This document shows positions 1-10,352 of a stretch of 64,000 bases of DNA, in pieces; within the stretch, counting starts at the first letter, position 1; each line of letters starts with the position of its first letter. Below the pieces are notes generated by a model. The model searched no databases. It was not told the origin of the DNA and saw only the letters and a list, made by a program, of their open reading frames with translations. This stretch comes from a virus: the IMG/VR virus record IMGVR_UViG_3300023174_000050, positions 96,001 to 160,000 of that record; one strand, given 5' to 3'. Made by a program: the position numbers and the translations under genes.

Positions 1-612
1 GATTCTATTTTAACTGAGGATCCGCTAAACACTTTTGATTACGCTTTTTCAATTGAAATGTATATGGAAAATACTATGGGGTTTTTAGGTGACGGGGAAT
101 TAATGTCCAAATTTGGTTTAGAAATACGAGACTCTGCAAATTTTATAGTAGCAAGAAAACGATGGACAGAGGATATTGGTTCCCAAAATGTAACCATATT
201 GCCGAGACCAGCAGAAGGCGATATAATATACTTTCCAAAAACTAAATCATTTTTTGAAATACGAAAAGTAGAAGGGCATGATCCTTTCTACCAAGTTGGT
301 AAATTATATGTTTACAAAATGATGTGTGAACTTTATCAGTTTGCCAATGAAAGATTTAACACTGGGGTAGATGAAATTGATAGTATAACTGCAGAAGCTA
401 CATTAGATATAGATGCTCATCAGTTATTGCAAGAAACAGGGGAGGCACTATTGTCAGAATCTAACGCATTGACTCCGATTGTATTGGAAGATTATAATTT
501 AAGTTTGGATGGTCATTATCAAATTGGTGCAGATAATGAAGCTTTTGAAGCAGAAGTAAATGACGTATTAGATTTTTCTGAAAGAAACCCGTTTGGTGAG
601 GTATTTCAATAA
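1..612 (+). CDS. gp14: Neck protein gp14 (5'-truncated)
   Basis: Frame is open from base 1; FPKTKSFFEIRKVE..PFYQVGK and C-terminal DFSERNPFG are gp14-like; lies just before gp15. Confidence 0.9.
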   Translation, partial: DSILTEDPLNTFDYAFSIEMYMENTMGFLGDGELMSKFGLEIRDSANFIVARKRWTEDIGSQNVTILPRPAEGDIIYFPKTKSFFEIRKVEGHDPFYQVGKLYVYKMMCELYQFANERFNTGVDEIDSITAEATLDIDAHQLLQETGEALLSESNALTPIVLEDYNLSLDGHYQIGADNEAFEAEVNDVLDFSERNPFGEVFQ

Positions 613-1367
613 TGTTGGATAACAGATTTTATTGGGGCACTATAAGGAAATCTATTGTAGCTTTTGGTAATATGTTTAATAATATTACCATACAAAGAAC
701 AAATGCAGATGGAGAAGTAGTTCAACTACAAAGAGTACCTTTATCATATTCACCTAAACAAAAATTCTTAGCAAAAATAAGACAACAGCCTAGTGTAGAT
801 TCTACAAATTTTCAAGTCATTCTTCCTAGAATGGGATTTGAAATGGTAGCGTTAGATTATGATGCCAATAGAAAAATTAGTCCAATGCAACAAAGCAGGA
901 CAATTAATAGTACTATATCTGCCTCTGCTCAATATGCGCCAACTCCGTATAATGTAAGTATATTACTTTACATCTATGCGAAAAATCAAGATGATGGATT
1001 ACAAATAATAGAACAGATATTGCCCTATTTTAATCCCGATTATAATTTATCAATGAAAGCCATTCCTGAATTAGATATTAAAAACGATCTTCCTATTCTT
1101 TTAAATTCTATTGGGTTTCAGGATGATTACGAAGGCGACATGACAACCCGTCGTGCTATTATATGGACTCTTAGTTTTGTTATGAAACTTAATTTTTATG
1201 GTCCAATTAATAAACAGGGAATTGTTAATAAAGTTATTACTAATACATTCAGAGATTCCGCATTAACCAATCAGCTACAAAAAATATCTGTCCAAGGAAC
1301 TGGAGATTTGGCAAATACTATACCTACCGGGAATGTGCAATATGTTGATTCTTTTGAAGATTTTTAA
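612..1367 (+). CDS. gp15: Tail sheath stabiliser/completion protein gp15
   Basis: FYWGTIRKSIVAFG, VPLSYSPKQK, EQILPYFNP motifs; synteny. Confidence 0.93.
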   Translation: MLDNRFYWGTIRKSIVAFGNMFNNITIQRTNADGEVVQLQRVPLSYSPKQKFLAKIRQQPSVDSTNFQVILPRMGFEMVALDYDANRKISPMQQSRTINSTISASAQYAPTPYNVSILLYIYAKNQDDGLQIIEQILPYFNPDYNLSMKAIPELDIKNDLPILLNSIGFQDDYEGDMTTRRAIIWTLSFVMKLNFYGPINKQGIVNKVITNTFRDSALTNQLQKISVQGTGDLANTIPTGNVQYVDSFEDF

Positions 1368-1368
1368 A

Positions 1369-1806
1369 ATGAAAAATATGGAAAAATTGGATGAGTTGTT
1401 TAATATAGATCCTATGAAGGTTGATCCTACCACGGGCGAAATACTTGCCATTTCTGAAGCAATAAACAAAACTAAAGAAATGGATCAAGAAGACGACTAT
1501 CAATTGGCTCGTTCTACTATGAGAAAACTTTTAATGAAGGGTGAATCGACTTTGGACGAATTAATAAATTTATCTAAAAGTTCTGAACATCCAAGAACTT
1601 ATGAAGTTGCTGGGCAGTTTATGAAAACTATGTCTGACGTGTCCAAAGACCTTCTTGGATTACAAAAACAAGTTAAAGATTTAAAAGCAGATGATGCAGT
1701 AAAAATTGGTACACAAAATAATGTAGTGTTTAATGGCACAACTGCCGAGCTTTTTAAGATGTTAAAAAACGGCCCTGTTGAAGATGGAAAAATAATTGAG
1801 CAGTAA
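1369..1806 (+). CDS. gp16: Terminase small subunit gp16
   Basis: SEHPRTYEVAGQ and NNVVFNGTTAEL motifs; between gp15 and gp17; start moved to ATG at 1369. Confidence 0.88.
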   Translation: MKNMEKLDELFNIDPMKVDPTTGEILAISEAINKTKEMDQEDDYQLARSTMRKLLMKGESTLDELINLSKSSEHPRTYEVAGQFMKTMSDVSKDLLGLQKQVKDLKADDAVKIGTQNNVVFNGTTAELFKMLKNGPVEDGKIIEQ

Positions 1807-3469
1807 ACAAATATCCTATAACGGTAACCCCAATCTAAAACAGATTGGCACTCCTGTATCTTATACTTTAGATCAGATGAGAGAAATACAAAAATGTATT
1901 CTCAATCCTATCTATTTTATTGAAGAATATTGTCAGATTGTTTCTTTGGATAAAGGTTTAGTTCCGTTTAAATTATACGATTGTCAAAAAGAAAAAGTTC
2001 AAACCATTCTAAATAATCGTAAAGTTATTTTGATGGAAGGTAGACAACAAGGTAAAACAATTACTGCTGCTGCTTGTATACTTTGGTACACCCTGTTTCA
2101 AGAAAATAAAACAGTTGCTATTCTAGCAAATAAATCTTCAGCTGCTCGCGAAGTTCTTTCTAGATATGAATTGATGTACGAAATGCTTCCCATGTGGATG
2201 CAACAAGGTGTTAAGACATTCAACAAGGGCGACATCGAACTTGAAAATGGATCTAAAGTATTTACTGCGGCAACAAGTACTTCCGGTATTCGAGGTAAAT
2301 CTGTAAACTGGTTATATATTGACGAGGCAGCAATTATCCCCAATAATGTTGCAGAGCAATTCTTTACATCTGTTTATCCTACAATTTCTGCAGGTACCAC
2401 CACAAAGATTTTACTTACATCCACTCCACTGGGTTATAACCATTTTTGGAAATTTTGGAATGAAGCAGAACAGGGACTAAACGGATTTGTTCCAATGTTT
2501 ATTCCGTATGATAAAATTCCCGGCAGAGATCAAAAATGGGCGGACGAACAACAAGCCATGTTGGGCGAACTTAAATTTAACCAAGAGGTTTTATGTAGGT
2601 TCCTGGGATCATCTAACACACTTATCAATCCTGATACTATTGGTAGAATGTCTGTTAAACCGTATATCTATAGTAACGAAGGATTGGACATATTTGTAGA
2701 ACCTGAAGAAGATCACGTATATATGCTAGTTGCTGATACGTCTAGGGGTGTTGGGGGAGATTATTCGGCATTTACAGTCATAGATATAACCGCATACCCG
2801 TATTCTATTGTTGCAAAATACAGAAGTAATAAAATTAGCCCCCTTCTTTTTCCGAATATAATATATAAGGTAGCGAAAGATTACCACAGAGCCTATTGTT
2901 TGGTGGAGATCAACGATAATGGTCAGCAAGTAGCAGATACACTATATATGGATTTAGAATACGAAAACGTATTCTTTGTGGGAAGTAACAGTAAAAGTGG
3001 GCAATATTTGTCCGGAGGATTTTCGCCAGGGGCAACATTGGGCGTTAGAACTACCAAGCAAGTAAAACGCTTAGGATGTACATCTTTTAAAAGTTTAGTC
3101 GAGGGCACTAAACTACTAATTCACGATCCAGATATAATTAATGAAATTTCTACATTTATTGAAGTTCGCGGTACCCATAAAGCAGATGAGGGATACTTTG
3201 ACGATTTGGTAATGACTCTGGTGCTATTTTCTTGGGCAACGAACGAACCCTTCTTTAAAGATTTAACAGATTCGAATTTACGAAAAGCTCTATATGAGGA
3301 GCAATTTAAACAGATTGAAGAAAATCTCACTCCGTTTGGTATAATTGATAACGGCATTCCTGAAGAAGAAAGACCTCAAATTATGACCGATGCTATTTGG
3401 TTTAATGCATATTCTAAATCCCCTGGGGAAATTGATGATGCTCAAAGAAAATTTCTTGAAAATGTCTAA
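1796..3469 (+). CDS. gp17: Terminase large subunit gp17
   Basis: YNGNPNLK N-terminus, GRQQGKT Walker A, YIDEAA Walker B, STPLG, DDLVM nuclease motif. Confidence 0.97.
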   Translation: MSSKQISYNGNPNLKQIGTPVSYTLDQMREIQKCILNPIYFIEEYCQIVSLDKGLVPFKLYDCQKEKVQTILNNRKVILMEGRQQGKTITAAACILWYTLFQENKTVAILANKSSAAREVLSRYELMYEMLPMWMQQGVKTFNKGDIELENGSKVFTAATSTSGIRGKSVNWLYIDEAAIIPNNVAEQFFTSVYPTISAGTTTKILLTSTPLGYNHFWKFWNEAEQGLNGFVPMFIPYDKIPGRDQKWADEQQAMLGELKFNQEVLCRFLGSSNTLINPDTIGRMSVKPYIYSNEGLDIFVEPEEDHVYMLVADTSRGVGGDYSAFTVIDITAYPYSIVAKYRSNKISPLLFPNIIYKVAKDYHRAYCLVEINDNGQQVADTLYMDLEYENVFFVGSNSKSGQYLSGGFSPGATLGVRTTKQVKRLGCTSFKSLVEGTKLLIHDPDIINEISTFIEVRGTHKADEGYFDDLVMTLVLFSWATNEPFFKDLTDSNLRKALYEEQFKQIEENLTPFGIIDNGIPEEERPQIMTDAIWFNAYSKSPGEIDDAQRKFLENV

Positions 3470-3480
3470 AAGATGAGAAT

Positions 3481-3488
3481 TATAAATA
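3481..3488 (+). promoter_or_regulatory. T4-type late promoter TATAAATA before gp18
   Basis: Exact gp55-dependent consensus in an intergenic region. Confidence 0.85.
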
Positions 3489-3540
3489 AATAGAAATCAT
3501 AATATAGAACAACATCTATAAAATTATCAAGGAGAAGAAG

Positions 3541-6237
3541 ATGGCATTTCAGCTTTCACCTGGGGTTGCAGTAACCGAAGAAGATAGAACAACGATAATT
3601 CCTTCGGTGGCAACTACTTCTGGCGGGTTTGCCGGGGCATTTCAATGGGGACCTGTTGAAGAAGTAACAACCGTAGATACAGAAATTAATTTGGTTAGTT
3701 TGTTTGGAAAACCAAATGATACTACAGCGGGTTATTTCTTTACTGCAGCAAACTTTTTATCATATGGCAATAATTTAAAATTAGTCCGTACTGTGGATGC
3801 AGCAACAGCTAAAAATGCAGTTTCCATTCCATCTGGAAGAGTTGCATCAATTCAAGTTGGTACTCAGGCAAATCTTTATGTAGGTAATGTAGGAGCCCAT
3901 CGTATAGATGTTAGTATTTCTGCACCTCAAATACCTGGCGGAACGCAAGCAGTTGCTAACGTATATCTATCAAGATTTGGCAATGTGCGACAATTAAATT
4001 TACTTACTGCTGGTTATGGATACAACACTGCACCTACTGTTTCTATAAACAATGGAGATTATATTGTACAAGCAACAGCAACTGCGATATTAGGTTCGGG
4101 CGAAGTATCCAATATTTATGTAATAAATGCAGGTAATAATTATACAACTTCATCAAATATAGAAATACAAAATCAATTTTCTACAGGCGCAAGAGCAAAT
4201 CTAAATGTACATTTTAAACTATTAGATCTTTACACTATTGTAAATGGTGGCAATAATTATAGTAGTCTTTCAAATGTTGAATTCTCAGGAAATATTGTTC
4301 CTGGAGGAAATCATGCTCAGGCAAACTTGGTATTGACAGGGAACGTAATAACAGGATTTGTAATTACAAATAGTGGCAATGGTTATATCGGTGCTCCCAA
4401 TGTTATTATTAATAGAAATACTGCAAATGCAAATGCAGGAAACGCAATTGTCACTGCAAATATTGGTTATGGGTATATAAATAGGGTATCCATAATTAAT
4501 CCCGGTTTAGGTGGTTACGCATTTGTACCAAATGTTATTATTAATAGAAATAATACTTTGCCGGTTTTAGATACAACTTCTGCTACATTCCAGGCTCGTA
4601 TTAAAGCAGGTGTTGGTAGTTTAACACTTACAAATCCCGGCGCATCATATCTTGTAGGTGATACACCTATAGTCTTGTTTACTCCAGCAACTGACGATGT
4701 CCAATTTGTTTCAAATACATCAGCAACTGCTAATGTAATTCTTGGATTCCCAATTAACAATGTTGTTGTTGAACAATCTGGTTCTGGATATACTTCAACA
4801 CCAAATGTATTAATTTCTGATAATTTTTCCTCTACACCTGCAACTGCGACATTGCTATTGACACCTCCCTTAATTAAAAATCGAGATAACTATGATACTA
4901 ATTATAGTTCGGGTGGATTCCAATTCGGAGAATTTGCAGCAAAATATCCCGGCGTATTAGGCAACTCAATTAGAGTGTCTATGGCAGATAGTAATACTTT
5001 TGCTACATGGCAATATAGATCTCAATTTGATTCTGCTCCATCAACTTCTTCGTATGTTTCTACTAGAGGCGGTTCTAATGATGAAATACACGTTATAGTT
5101 CTCGATGCAACTGGAGAGTTAACTGGAGTTTTAGGTTCTGTATTAGAAAAATACTCATATTTGTCTAAAGCATCTGACGCAAAGAATACTGATGGTTCTA
5201 CAAATTACTATAAAAATGTAATTAATAATCAATCCAATTATCTTTGGGTAATTGACCATCCGTCGGTTGGCACAGATTGGGGAACTGATTCTAAAAATAA
5301 TACTTTTGTATCATTAAGTTCAAATGTTACTTCCACATTAAGTGGCGGGGCATCTGGAGATAGTATTTCTACAGCAAACGTTTTGTCTGGATATAGTTTA
5401 TTCTCCAATGATGAATTATACGATGTAAGTTTAATCCCAATGGGTCCAACAACAGCAGTTTCTGCAGTTAATACTGTAATAGGTATTGCCGAGTCCAGAA
5501 GAGATGCTGTTGTATTTGCATCGCCCCAATATACAGATGTTGTAAACACTACAGGGCAGGCAGATAAAATTGTTTCATATAGAAATAATTTAACAGCTTC
5601 TTCATACGCAGTTTTAGATTCTGGTTGGAAATATCAATATGATCGTTACAATGATAAGTATAGATATGTTCCTTTAAATGGAGATATTGCTGGGCTTGCT
5701 GCAAGAACAGATTATGTGGCAGATCCTTGGTTCTCTCCTGCAGGATATAATAGAGGTGTAATTAAGAATTTAGTTAAACTTGCATATTCACCTACTAAGA
5801 CAGATAGAGATACTTTATACAAAAATGGTATTAATCCTGTAGTAACATTCCCAGGACAGGGAACTTTACTGTTTGGAGATAAGACATTATTGGCAAGACC
5901 AAGCGCATTTGATCGTATCAATGTTCGTAGATTGTTTATTGTTCTTGAAAAATCTATTGCAACAGCATCCAAATTCCAATTATTTGAATTTAACGATGCC
6001 TTCACGCGAGGACAATTTAAAAATATTGTTGAACCATTCTTGAGAGATGTTCAAGGTCGTCGTGGTATTACAGACTTTAGAGTAATTTGCGATGAAACAA
6101 ATAATACGCCCGGGGTAATAGATCGCAATGAGTTTGTTGCAGATATATACATCAAACCATCGAGAGCTATCAACTTTATTCAGCTAAACTTCATAGCTAC
6201 AAGAAGTGGTATAGCTTTTGAAGAAGTTGGCGCCTAA
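3541..6237 (+). CDS. gp18: Tail sheath protein gp18 with ~350-aa repetitive insertion
   Basis: LSPGV, FQWGP, PWFSPAG, FDRINVRRLF motifs; 898 aa. Confidence 0.96.
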   Translation: MAFQLSPGVAVTEEDRTTIIPSVATTSGGFAGAFQWGPVEEVTTVDTEINLVSLFGKPNDTTAGYFFTAANFLSYGNNLKLVRTVDAATAKNAVSIPSGRVASIQVGTQANLYVGNVGAHRIDVSISAPQIPGGTQAVANVYLSRFGNVRQLNLLTAGYGYNTAPTVSINNGDYIVQATATAILGSGEVSNIYVINAGNNYTTSSNIEIQNQFSTGARANLNVHFKLLDLYTIVNGGNNYSSLSNVEFSGNIVPGGNHAQANLVLTGNVITGFVITNSGNGYIGAPNVIINRNTANANAGNAIVTANIGYGYINRVSIINPGLGGYAFVPNVIINRNNTLPVLDTTSATFQARIKAGVGSLTLTNPGASYLVGDTPIVLFTPATDDVQFVSNTSATANVILGFPINNVVVEQSGSGYTSTPNVLISDNFSSTPATATLLLTPPLIKNRDNYDTNYSSGGFQFGEFAAKYPGVLGNSIRVSMADSNTFATWQYRSQFDSAPSTSSYVSTRGGSNDEIHVIVLDATGELTGVLGSVLEKYSYLSKASDAKNTDGSTNYYKNVINNQSNYLWVIDHPSVGTDWGTDSKNNTFVSLSSNVTSTLSGGASGDSISTANVLSGYSLFSNDELYDVSLIPMGPTTAVSAVNTVIGIAESRRDAVVFASPQYTDVVNTTGQADKIVSYRNNLTASSYAVLDSGWKYQYDRYNDKYRYVPLNGDIAGLAARTDYVADPWFSPAGYNRGVIKNLVKLAYSPTKTDRDTLYKNGINPVVTFPGQGTLLFGDKTLLARPSAFDRINVRRLFIVLEKSIATASKFQLFEFNDAFTRGQFKNIVEPFLRDVQGRRGITDFRVICDETNNTPGVIDRNEFVADIYIKPSRAINFIQLNFIATRSGIAFEEVGA

Positions 6238-6250
6238 TAGGAGAAAATAG

Positions 6251-6856
6251 ATGGCAACAGAAACTCAAAAATTTAATATTAATAATTTTAAGGCTGCAAT
6301 AGGTGCGGGCGGGGCCCGCCCTAATCAGTTTGAAGTTACTATAACTTATCCTAGTGTTTTGCCCACCACTGGTAATCCAGGATTGCAGGGATCGTTTTTA
6401 ATTACTACTGCAGAATTACCGGGATCGACACAAGGAGTTACTCCGGTATATTACAGAGGAAGATTAATTAAGTTGGCGGGAGATAAAGAATTTGCTCCAT
6501 TCAACATGACTGTAATAAATGATTCTGCATTTACAATTAGAAAAGCTTTAGAAGATTGGATGGCAGCAATAGAAGGTCGAGGTACTAAATCTGGATTAAC
6601 AGTACCGTCAACTTATATGGGAACTATAACCATTAAGCAGTTGGAACGTAATGGCGGTGTATTACGACAATATAAAATTGTAGACGCATTTCCCGTGGAA
6701 GTAGGTCCAGTACAACTAGACTTTGGCTCCAATGATCAAATATCCACATTTGGTGCAACATTTCAATATCAAACTTTTGAAATACTTAATGAGCCAGCTA
6801 ATATAGTAGCACCTATTTTATCAGACGTGATTAACAACAACAGCATAACTAGATAA
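6251..6856 (+). CDS. gp19: Tail tube protein gp19
   Basis: GGARPNQFEV, YRGRLIKLAGD, FPVEVGPVQLD motifs. Confidence 0.93.
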   Translation: MATETQKFNINNFKAAIGAGGARPNQFEVTITYPSVLPTTGNPGLQGSFLITTAELPGSTQGVTPVYYRGRLIKLAGDKEFAPFNMTVINDSAFTIRKALEDWMAAIEGRGTKSGLTVPSTYMGTITIKQLERNGGVLRQYKIVDAFPVEVGPVQLDFGSNDQISTFGATFQYQTFEILNEPANIVAPILSDVINNNSITR

Positions 6857-6883
6857 TTAGTTATTATTGAAGAGGTTTAAATT

Positions 6884-8449
6884 ATGGCAGCAGTCAAATT
6901 ATTTGGCTTTACTTTTGGTCGTGATGACGAAGATGATCAACCGATTACTAAGAATAAGCAGGGATTTGCCACACCAATACTAGATGATGGCGCATCTACT
7001 GTTCAGGCAGGTGGTTACTTTGGCACGTATGTTGATTTAGATGCAACTACTAAATCTGAATATGAATTAATTACTCGTTATAGAGAAGCGGCATTATATC
7101 CTGATACCACTTCTGCTATAGATGAAATACTTACTGAGGCAATTGCTGCAGTAGACGATGAACCTGTTGTAAGAATAAATTTGGATATGTTAGATATACC
7201 TGATGATATTAAAGATACTATAGAAAATGAATTTGAGAATATACTTAAACTATTAGATTTTGATAGTAAAGGATATGATATTTTTAGAAGATGGTATGTT
7301 GATGGAAGATTATATTTTCAAAAGATAATTGATACTAAAAATCCAAGAAGAGGAATTTTAGAACTTATACAAATAGATCCTAGAAAAATTAAGAAATTAC
7401 GTGAAGTTAAGAAGGAAAAGGATAAGGAAACAGGCGTTGACCTTATTAAATCCGTAGAAGAATTTTTTGTATATAATGATAAAGGATTAACTTATAATCC
7501 AACATATTCTACTACTGCTCATCAGGGCATTAGAATAAACACAGATGCAATTTGCTTCGTTCCATCTGGTCTATTGGATTATGATAAGAATATAGTAATT
7601 GGTCATTTACACAGGGCAATTAAACCTGTTAACCAATTAAAGATGATGGAAGATGCTTTAGTTATTTACAGAATAGCAAGAGCACCCGAAAGACGAATAT
7701 TTTATATTGATGTTGGCAATTTGCCTAAATTGAAAGCTGAGCAATATCTAAAAGATATTATGGCTCGCTATAGAAATAAAATAGTTTATGATTCTAATAC
7801 TGGCGAAATTAGAGATGATAGAAAAATGATGTCAACTCTAGAAGATTTTTGGTTGCCAAGAAGAGAAGGTGGTCGAGGTACAGAAATTACTACATTACCT
7901 GGCGGTGAAAATTTAGGTCAGATAGAGGATATTAATTATTTTCAGACAAAGTTATATCAAGCATTAAATGTTCCTTTGTCAAGAATGCAACCTCAAACTG
8001 GTATCTCATTTGGTAGGGCGACGGAGATAACTAGAGATGAATTAAAATTTGCTAAGTTTGTTAGTAGATTACGAAAGAAATTTAATGAAATATTTAGTGA
8101 TTTATTAAAAACACAGTTAGTATTAAAAGGTGTTTTAACCGAAAAAGATTGGGATGAGATCTATAGTAAAATACAGTATAGATATACCCAAGATCAGTAT
8201 TTTGAAGAAATGAAAAATGCTGAAAATATGCGAAACAGAATTGATTTGTTAATGCAGATACAACCGTTTGTGGGTGCATACTATAGTCAAGATTATGTTA
8301 TGAAAAATGTATTAAGAATGTCTGAAAAAGAAATTACGGATATGAAGGCTCAAATAGAATCTGAACCTTCACCTCCACAGATAGGAATGCCGGGTATGCC
8401 CCCAGGTCAGTTGCCCCCTGATCAAAATATAAATAATAATGCTCAATAG
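6884..8449 (+). CDS. gp20: Portal protein gp20
   Basis: WYVDGR, IYRIARAPERRIFYIDVGNLPK, EDFWLPRREGGRGTEITTLPGG. Confidence 0.97.
   Translation: MAAVKLFGFTFGRDDEDDQPITKNKQGFATPILDDGASTVQAGGYFGTYVDLDATTKSEYELITRYREAALYPDTTSAIDEILTEAIAAVDDEPVVRINLDMLDIPDDIKDTIENEFENILKLLDFDSKGYDIFRRWYVDGRLYFQKIIDTKNPRRGILELIQIDPRKIKKLREVKKEKDKETGVDLIKSVEEFFVYNDKGLTYNPTYSTTAHQGIRINTDAICFVPSGLLDYDKNIVIGHLHRAIKPVNQLKMMEDALVIYRIARAPERRIFYIDVGNLPKLKAEQYLKDIMARYRNKIVYDSNTGEIRDDRKMMSTLEDFWLPRREGGRGTEITTLPGGENLGQIEDINYFQTKLYQALNVPLSRMQPQTGISFGRATEITRDELKFAKFVSRLRKKFNEIFSDLLKTQLVLKGVLTEKDWDEIYSKIQYRYTQDQYFEEMKNAENMRNRIDLLMQIQPFVGAYYSQDYVMKNVLRMSEKEITDMKAQIESEPSPPQIGMPGMPPGQLPPDQNINNNAQ
8428..8435 (+). promoter_or_regulatory. 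Late promoter TATAAATA before prohead core genes
   Basis: Exact consensus at the 3' end of gp20. Confidence 0.7.
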
Positions 8450-8454
8450 GAGAA

Positions 8455-8628
8455 ATGATGGAATCAACAGTTATACACCATATGGTAGATAGTATTATCA
8501 ATAATCAACAGAATGATGCTTTGGCAACATTTAATGAGATTATGGCAAATAAAATAACTGATGCTTTAGATGCAAAGAAAACAGAAATAGCTTCAACAAT
8601 AGGCAGAGAAGAACATGAAGAAATTTAA
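8455..8628 (+). CDS. Small prohead core protein, gp67-like (57 aa, absent from ORF track)
   Basis: Translated by hand: MMESTVIHHMVDSII...KITDALDAKKTEIA...EEI; AGGAG SD; gp67 position. Confidence 0.75.
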   Translation: MMESTVIHHMVDSIINNQQNDALATFNEIMANKITDALDAKKTEIASTIGREEHEEI

Positions 8629-9211
8629 AGAACTCAGAGAGAGTTATTTAGAAGAAAAGCTAAAGGCATCCGATCCTGCAGGAACATACATACACGATTT
8701 TGTACATTCCGACAATCCTAAATTTGCAGGTAAATCAAAAGTTAAACGCATTCAAATGGCGCTTGCTGCATCTTATGCTGCCAAAGGCAAATCAAGAAAT
8801 GAAGAAGTTGATGAAGCAGCAAATGCTGCACAACAGGCTGCTATTGCCATTGCCATGAAAAAAGCTGGTAAGAAACCAAAAAATGAAGAAGTTGAAAATG
8901 TGGAAGAAGGCATGATGGCCACAGCTAAGAAGGTTGTTAAAACTGTTGGCAAAGCTCTTACTGGTGGTTCAGATACAGATCAATTAAAGAATTTGCAAAA
9001 GAAAATGGGTATGCCCCAAACAGGCAAGAAACCTCAAATGAAGGAAGACTTAGAAATTTTAGATGAAGAGAAACCTGGACTATATGCAAATATTCACGCA
9101 AAACAAAGACGTATTGCTGCAGGTAGCGGAGAACATATGAGAAAACCTGGTAGCAAAGGTGCACCCACTGCAAGCGCATTCAAAGATGCAGCAAAGACAG
9201 CAAAGAAATAA
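8615..9211 (+). CDS. Putative internal head/prohead core protein (modular, Lys/Ala/Glu-rich)
   Basis: Located between gp20 and gp21; repeated NEEV(D/E) acidic linkers. Confidence 0.55.
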   Translation: MKKFKELRESYLEEKLKASDPAGTYIHDFVHSDNPKFAGKSKVKRIQMALAASYAAKGKSRNEEVDEAANAAQQAAIAIAMKKAGKKPKNEEVENVEEGMMATAKKVVKTVGKALTGGSDTDQLKNLQKKMGMPQTGKKPQMKEDLEILDEEKPGLYANIHAKQRRIAAGSGEHMRKPGSKGAPTASAFKDAAKTAKK

Positions 9212-9220
9212 GAGACCAAC

Positions 9221-9652
9221 ATGGCAGCAACACAGTCAATATTACAAAACGTAAGACAACAAACTGTTGTTAAAGTTATTTCGGATGGTTCACCTGGACA
9301 ATCTAATGTTAATTTATTAGACTTAAAACGACCAGATGAAACATTTTTAGGTTATCCATTGTGCAATGTTAATATACAAACAGTAATATTTTCTTCATCT
9401 GATTCCTCATCGTCACCGATTGTTATTTCGAGAGGTATATCTGCATACAGTGCATCAAATGTAATGTATTTACATGGTTCGGGTAGTATGAATTTTGCGC
9501 AAGAAACAGGATTTCATGATAAAACATTAAATGCATCTAATGTAACGGTTAATATGCCTGCATTGTCAGTATTGTATCTTATTTTAGGAAAATCATCAGG
9601 ATATTTAGAACCAGATTTCCAGGGCAATATATTCGTACAAAGGATGAATTAA
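9221..9652 (+). CDS. Hypothetical protein in head module
   Basis: 143-aa ORF tightly packed between head genes. Confidence 0.6.
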   Translation: MAATQSILQNVRQQTVVKVISDGSPGQSNVNLLDLKRPDETFLGYPLCNVNIQTVIFSSSDSSSSPIVISRGISAYSASNVMYLHGSGSMNFAQETGFHDKTLNASNVTVNMPALSVLYLILGKSSGYLEPDFQGNIFVQRMN

Positions 9653-9653
9653 T

Positions 9654-10304
9654 ATGAGATTAATAAAAGAAGTAGCACAGGATATAAATTACCTTGTAGA
9701 AGCAAAGGAAGGCGGTGGTAAAAATATTTTTATTGAAGGCATATTTGCTCAATCTGATACTGCAAACAAAAACAATCGTTCGTATGGTAAAAGCATCATG
9801 GAGCGGGAAGTTAATAAGTATCAAGATCTAATAGGACAAAAACGCTCATTAGGTGAGCTTGGTCACCCGGAGAATCCTTCTATCAACCTACATCAGGTTT
9901 CCCACCTAATCACAAATCTTCGTATGGAAGGTAAAGATGTTTATGGTAAAGCAAAAATACTAGAAACCCCTATGGGTAATATTGCAAGAAATTTAATAGA
10001 AAATGAAATTCGTTTGGGCGTATCGACCAGAGGTCTAGGATCGTTAAAAATGAATTCAAATGGAATTAACGAAGTGCAAGATGACTTTCATTTGGCTACC
10101 GTTGATATTGTTGCTGACCCATCCGCCCCGGATGCCTTTGTGCAAGGTATTATGGAATCGGCGGAGTGGATATTAGAGAATGGTATGTGGAAAGCAATAC
10201 AGGTTGAAACTGCACAGAAACAAATTCGCAAAACTTCTGCTAAAAACTTAGACGAAGTTAAGTTAAAAATATTTGAACAATTTGTTAATCAATTGTCTAG
10301 ATAA
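9654..10304 (+). CDS. gp21: Prohead protease gp21
   Basis: LGELGHP, GVSTRGLGS, DIVADPSAPDAFV. Confidence 0.96.
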   Translation: MRLIKEVAQDINYLVEAKEGGGKNIFIEGIFAQSDTANKNNRSYGKSIMEREVNKYQDLIGQKRSLGELGHPENPSINLHQVSHLITNLRMEGKDVYGKAKILETPMGNIARNLIENEIRLGVSTRGLGSLKMNSNGINEVQDDFHLATVDIVADPSAPDAFVQGIMESAEWILENGMWKAIQVETAQKQIRKTSAKNLDEVKLKIFEQFVNQLSR

Positions 10305-10311
10305 CTAAACT

Positions 10312-10319
10312 TATAAATA
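10312..10319 (+). promoter_or_regulatory. Late promoter TATAAATA before gp22
   Basis: Exact consensus, intergenic. Confidence 0.85.
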
Positions 10320-10352
10320 TCAATTGAGAACATTCATTTAGGAGACACTATA

